In this document: positions 62,916 to 64,000 of the stretch, piece by piece
Layout of the letters: every line of letters begins with the position of its first letter
Position numbering within the stretch: the stretch's first letter is position 1
From: an uncultured Gammaproteobacteria bacterium
GTDB lineage: Bacteria; Patescibacteriota; Microgenomatia; UBA1406; GWC2-37-13
DNA length: 64,000 bases
Direction of reading: 5' to 3'
Assembly: GCA_964582715.1 (NCBI GenBank)
Contig: CAZOSM010000004.1
Coordinates: 57,906-121,905, forward strand
The notes under the pieces: model-generated
Databases searched by the model: none
What the model was told of the DNA's origin: nothing
What the model saw: the letters and a program-made list of their open reading frames with translations, nothing else
Made by a program: the position numbers and the translations under genes

Positions 62916-63053
62916 ATGGATCCACACATCGATAAATGGAAAGCAAAAATCCAGGAACTTGAAGCTAATATGAAAGAAGCTTCGGCTGATGCCCGGATTG
63001 AGATAGAAAATCAAATAAATGATTTAAAGCGAAAAATTAATGAGAAAACTTAA
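62916..63053 (+). CDS. 45-aa coiled-coil micro-protein (hypothetical)
   Basis: Below ORF-track cutoff; MDPHIDKWKAKIQELEANMKEASADARIEIENQINDLKRKINEKT; near-perfect SD AAGGAGGTGA 5 nt upstream. Confidence 0.5.
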   Translation: MDPHIDKWKAKIQELEANMKEASADARIEIENQINDLKRKINEKT

Positions 63054-63133
63054 AGAGTATGTACTGGCTGGCCAGCCATAAAGGAGTGAATATTCTTTAA
63101 TTTATATAGATATGGTAAAATATAGGCTTACGT

Positions 63134-63727
63134 ATGTGGTTATGGAAGAAAAGAGCATATGCGTTATGCCTTCTCTTTTCGCTATACATAATAAGTGGAG
63201 CAAGAACTGTATCGGCCGATATGAAAGGAATCCCAAGAACCGACGAAAATTTAATTTGTTCAGCTGTAGGAGCTGAAAAGCCATCACCAGCCAAGGTGAA
63301 AGCAGCAGCAACTGTTTTGCTAACCGTTGAACCTACAGCAACAACTTCTGTCCCTTCTACGGCCGAAAAACCCCCTTCTTTAAACTCAGATCTCCTTCTT
63401 GAAATGATTAACAACCACAGATCTACTATCGGTAAACCAGCATATCAAAAAGAGGATAAGTTATGCTCTCTTGCCCAGGAGAGAGGTCCGGAATTATATG
63501 ATGAGGTGTTTAACACAGGGAATGTACACGGTGGATTATATGCAAGAAACCTCCCTTACTGGATTACTGAAAATATGAAACATGGACCAAATGAAAGCGA
63601 TGTCTTTAACTGGTGGATGGGCTCTTCGATTCATAGAAAAGCAATAGAAGGCGATTTTACCTATAGCTGTGGAGAGTGTTATGGTAATACCTGTGCTCAA
63701 CTTTTTACTAGCTACCAACCAAAATGA
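63134..63727 (+). CDS. Secreted CAP/SCP (YkwD-like) domain protein
   Basis: Signal peptide, Ala/Thr/Pro spacer, then NNHR..., ENM..., WMGSSIHRKAI..., Cys-containing tail in CAP order. Confidence 0.6.
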   Translation: MWLWKKRAYALCLLFSLYIISGARTVSADMKGIPRTDENLICSAVGAEKPSPAKVKAAATVLLTVEPTATTSVPSTAEKPPSLNSDLLLEMINNHRSTIGKPAYQKEDKLCSLAQERGPELYDEVFNTGNVHGGLYARNLPYWITENMKHGPNESDVFNWWMGSSIHRKAIEGDFTYSCGECYGNTCAQLFTSYQPK

Positions 63728-63979
63728 TTATCTCCATTTTACTCCCCTAAAGATATAGGCAATAATACCAATAATAAGTGCTAAGACTACAATATTAGAA
63801 AAGCCTGATATCACGATAATTCCAAAAAAAGCAAGAAGCCATAATACAAGTAAAACCATTGCAAGGCCTCTAAATGGCCAGGGCAATAATTCTATAACCC
63901 ACAAAATGATAATGAATATAAGTAAATCATATAATGTAATGGCTTTACCAAATAGGTTAAATAAGATTGTGTTGTGCAA
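63728..63979 (-). CDS. Hypothetical 83-aa three-TM protein
   Basis: Strongly hydrophobic ORF, apparent TTG start; weak support. Confidence 0.3.
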   Translation of the reverse strand: MHNTILFNLFGKAITLYDLLIFIIILWVIELLPWPFRGLAMVLLVLWLLAFFGIIVISGFSNIVVLALIIGIIAYIFRGVKWR

Positions 63980-64000
63980 AGGAAGAGCAGGTATATCTAT

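Overview
AT-rich, very gene-dense bacterial chromosomal segment with about 85 protein-coding genes and 3 tRNAs. It uses the standard genetic code (TGA is a stop). I found no rRNA, CRISPR array, transposase, integrase or phage genes. Housekeeping content includes gltX, trmD, era, clpB, yidD and msrB. There is a co-directional fba(class I)-gap-pgk-glpX block, many base-excision and end-repair genes (family-4 UDG, AlkA-like, AlkD-like, Nth, stand-alone LigD phosphoesterase) and scattered general-stress-type small proteins. Signalling genes comprise four paralogous PAS histidine kinases and only two response-regulator genes. Also present are a GldA/F/G-like ABC system and two large LysM-tailed surface proteins. 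The gene content and compaction suggest a small-genome uncultivated bacterium (CPR/Patescibacteria-like), but that is inference only. The most unusual items are listed below.
1. A single ORF fuses a complete VKOR membrane domain to a class-2-like dihydroorotate dehydrogenase that carries a class-1 Cys catalytic base. It is translationally coupled to an FAD oxidoreductase.
2. A four-CBS protein ends in an HPF/RaiA (S30AE)-like domain.
3. Two inverted surface-protein genes share an FN3-linker-LysM C-terminal cassette and bracket a five-gene accessory block.
4. There is a pervasive -10 box 5-8 nt upstream of ATG, implying leaderless mRNAs.
5. Seven convergent gene pairs share a TTAA/TTAG double stop codon.
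All family calls come from motif recognition by eye. No database search was run.
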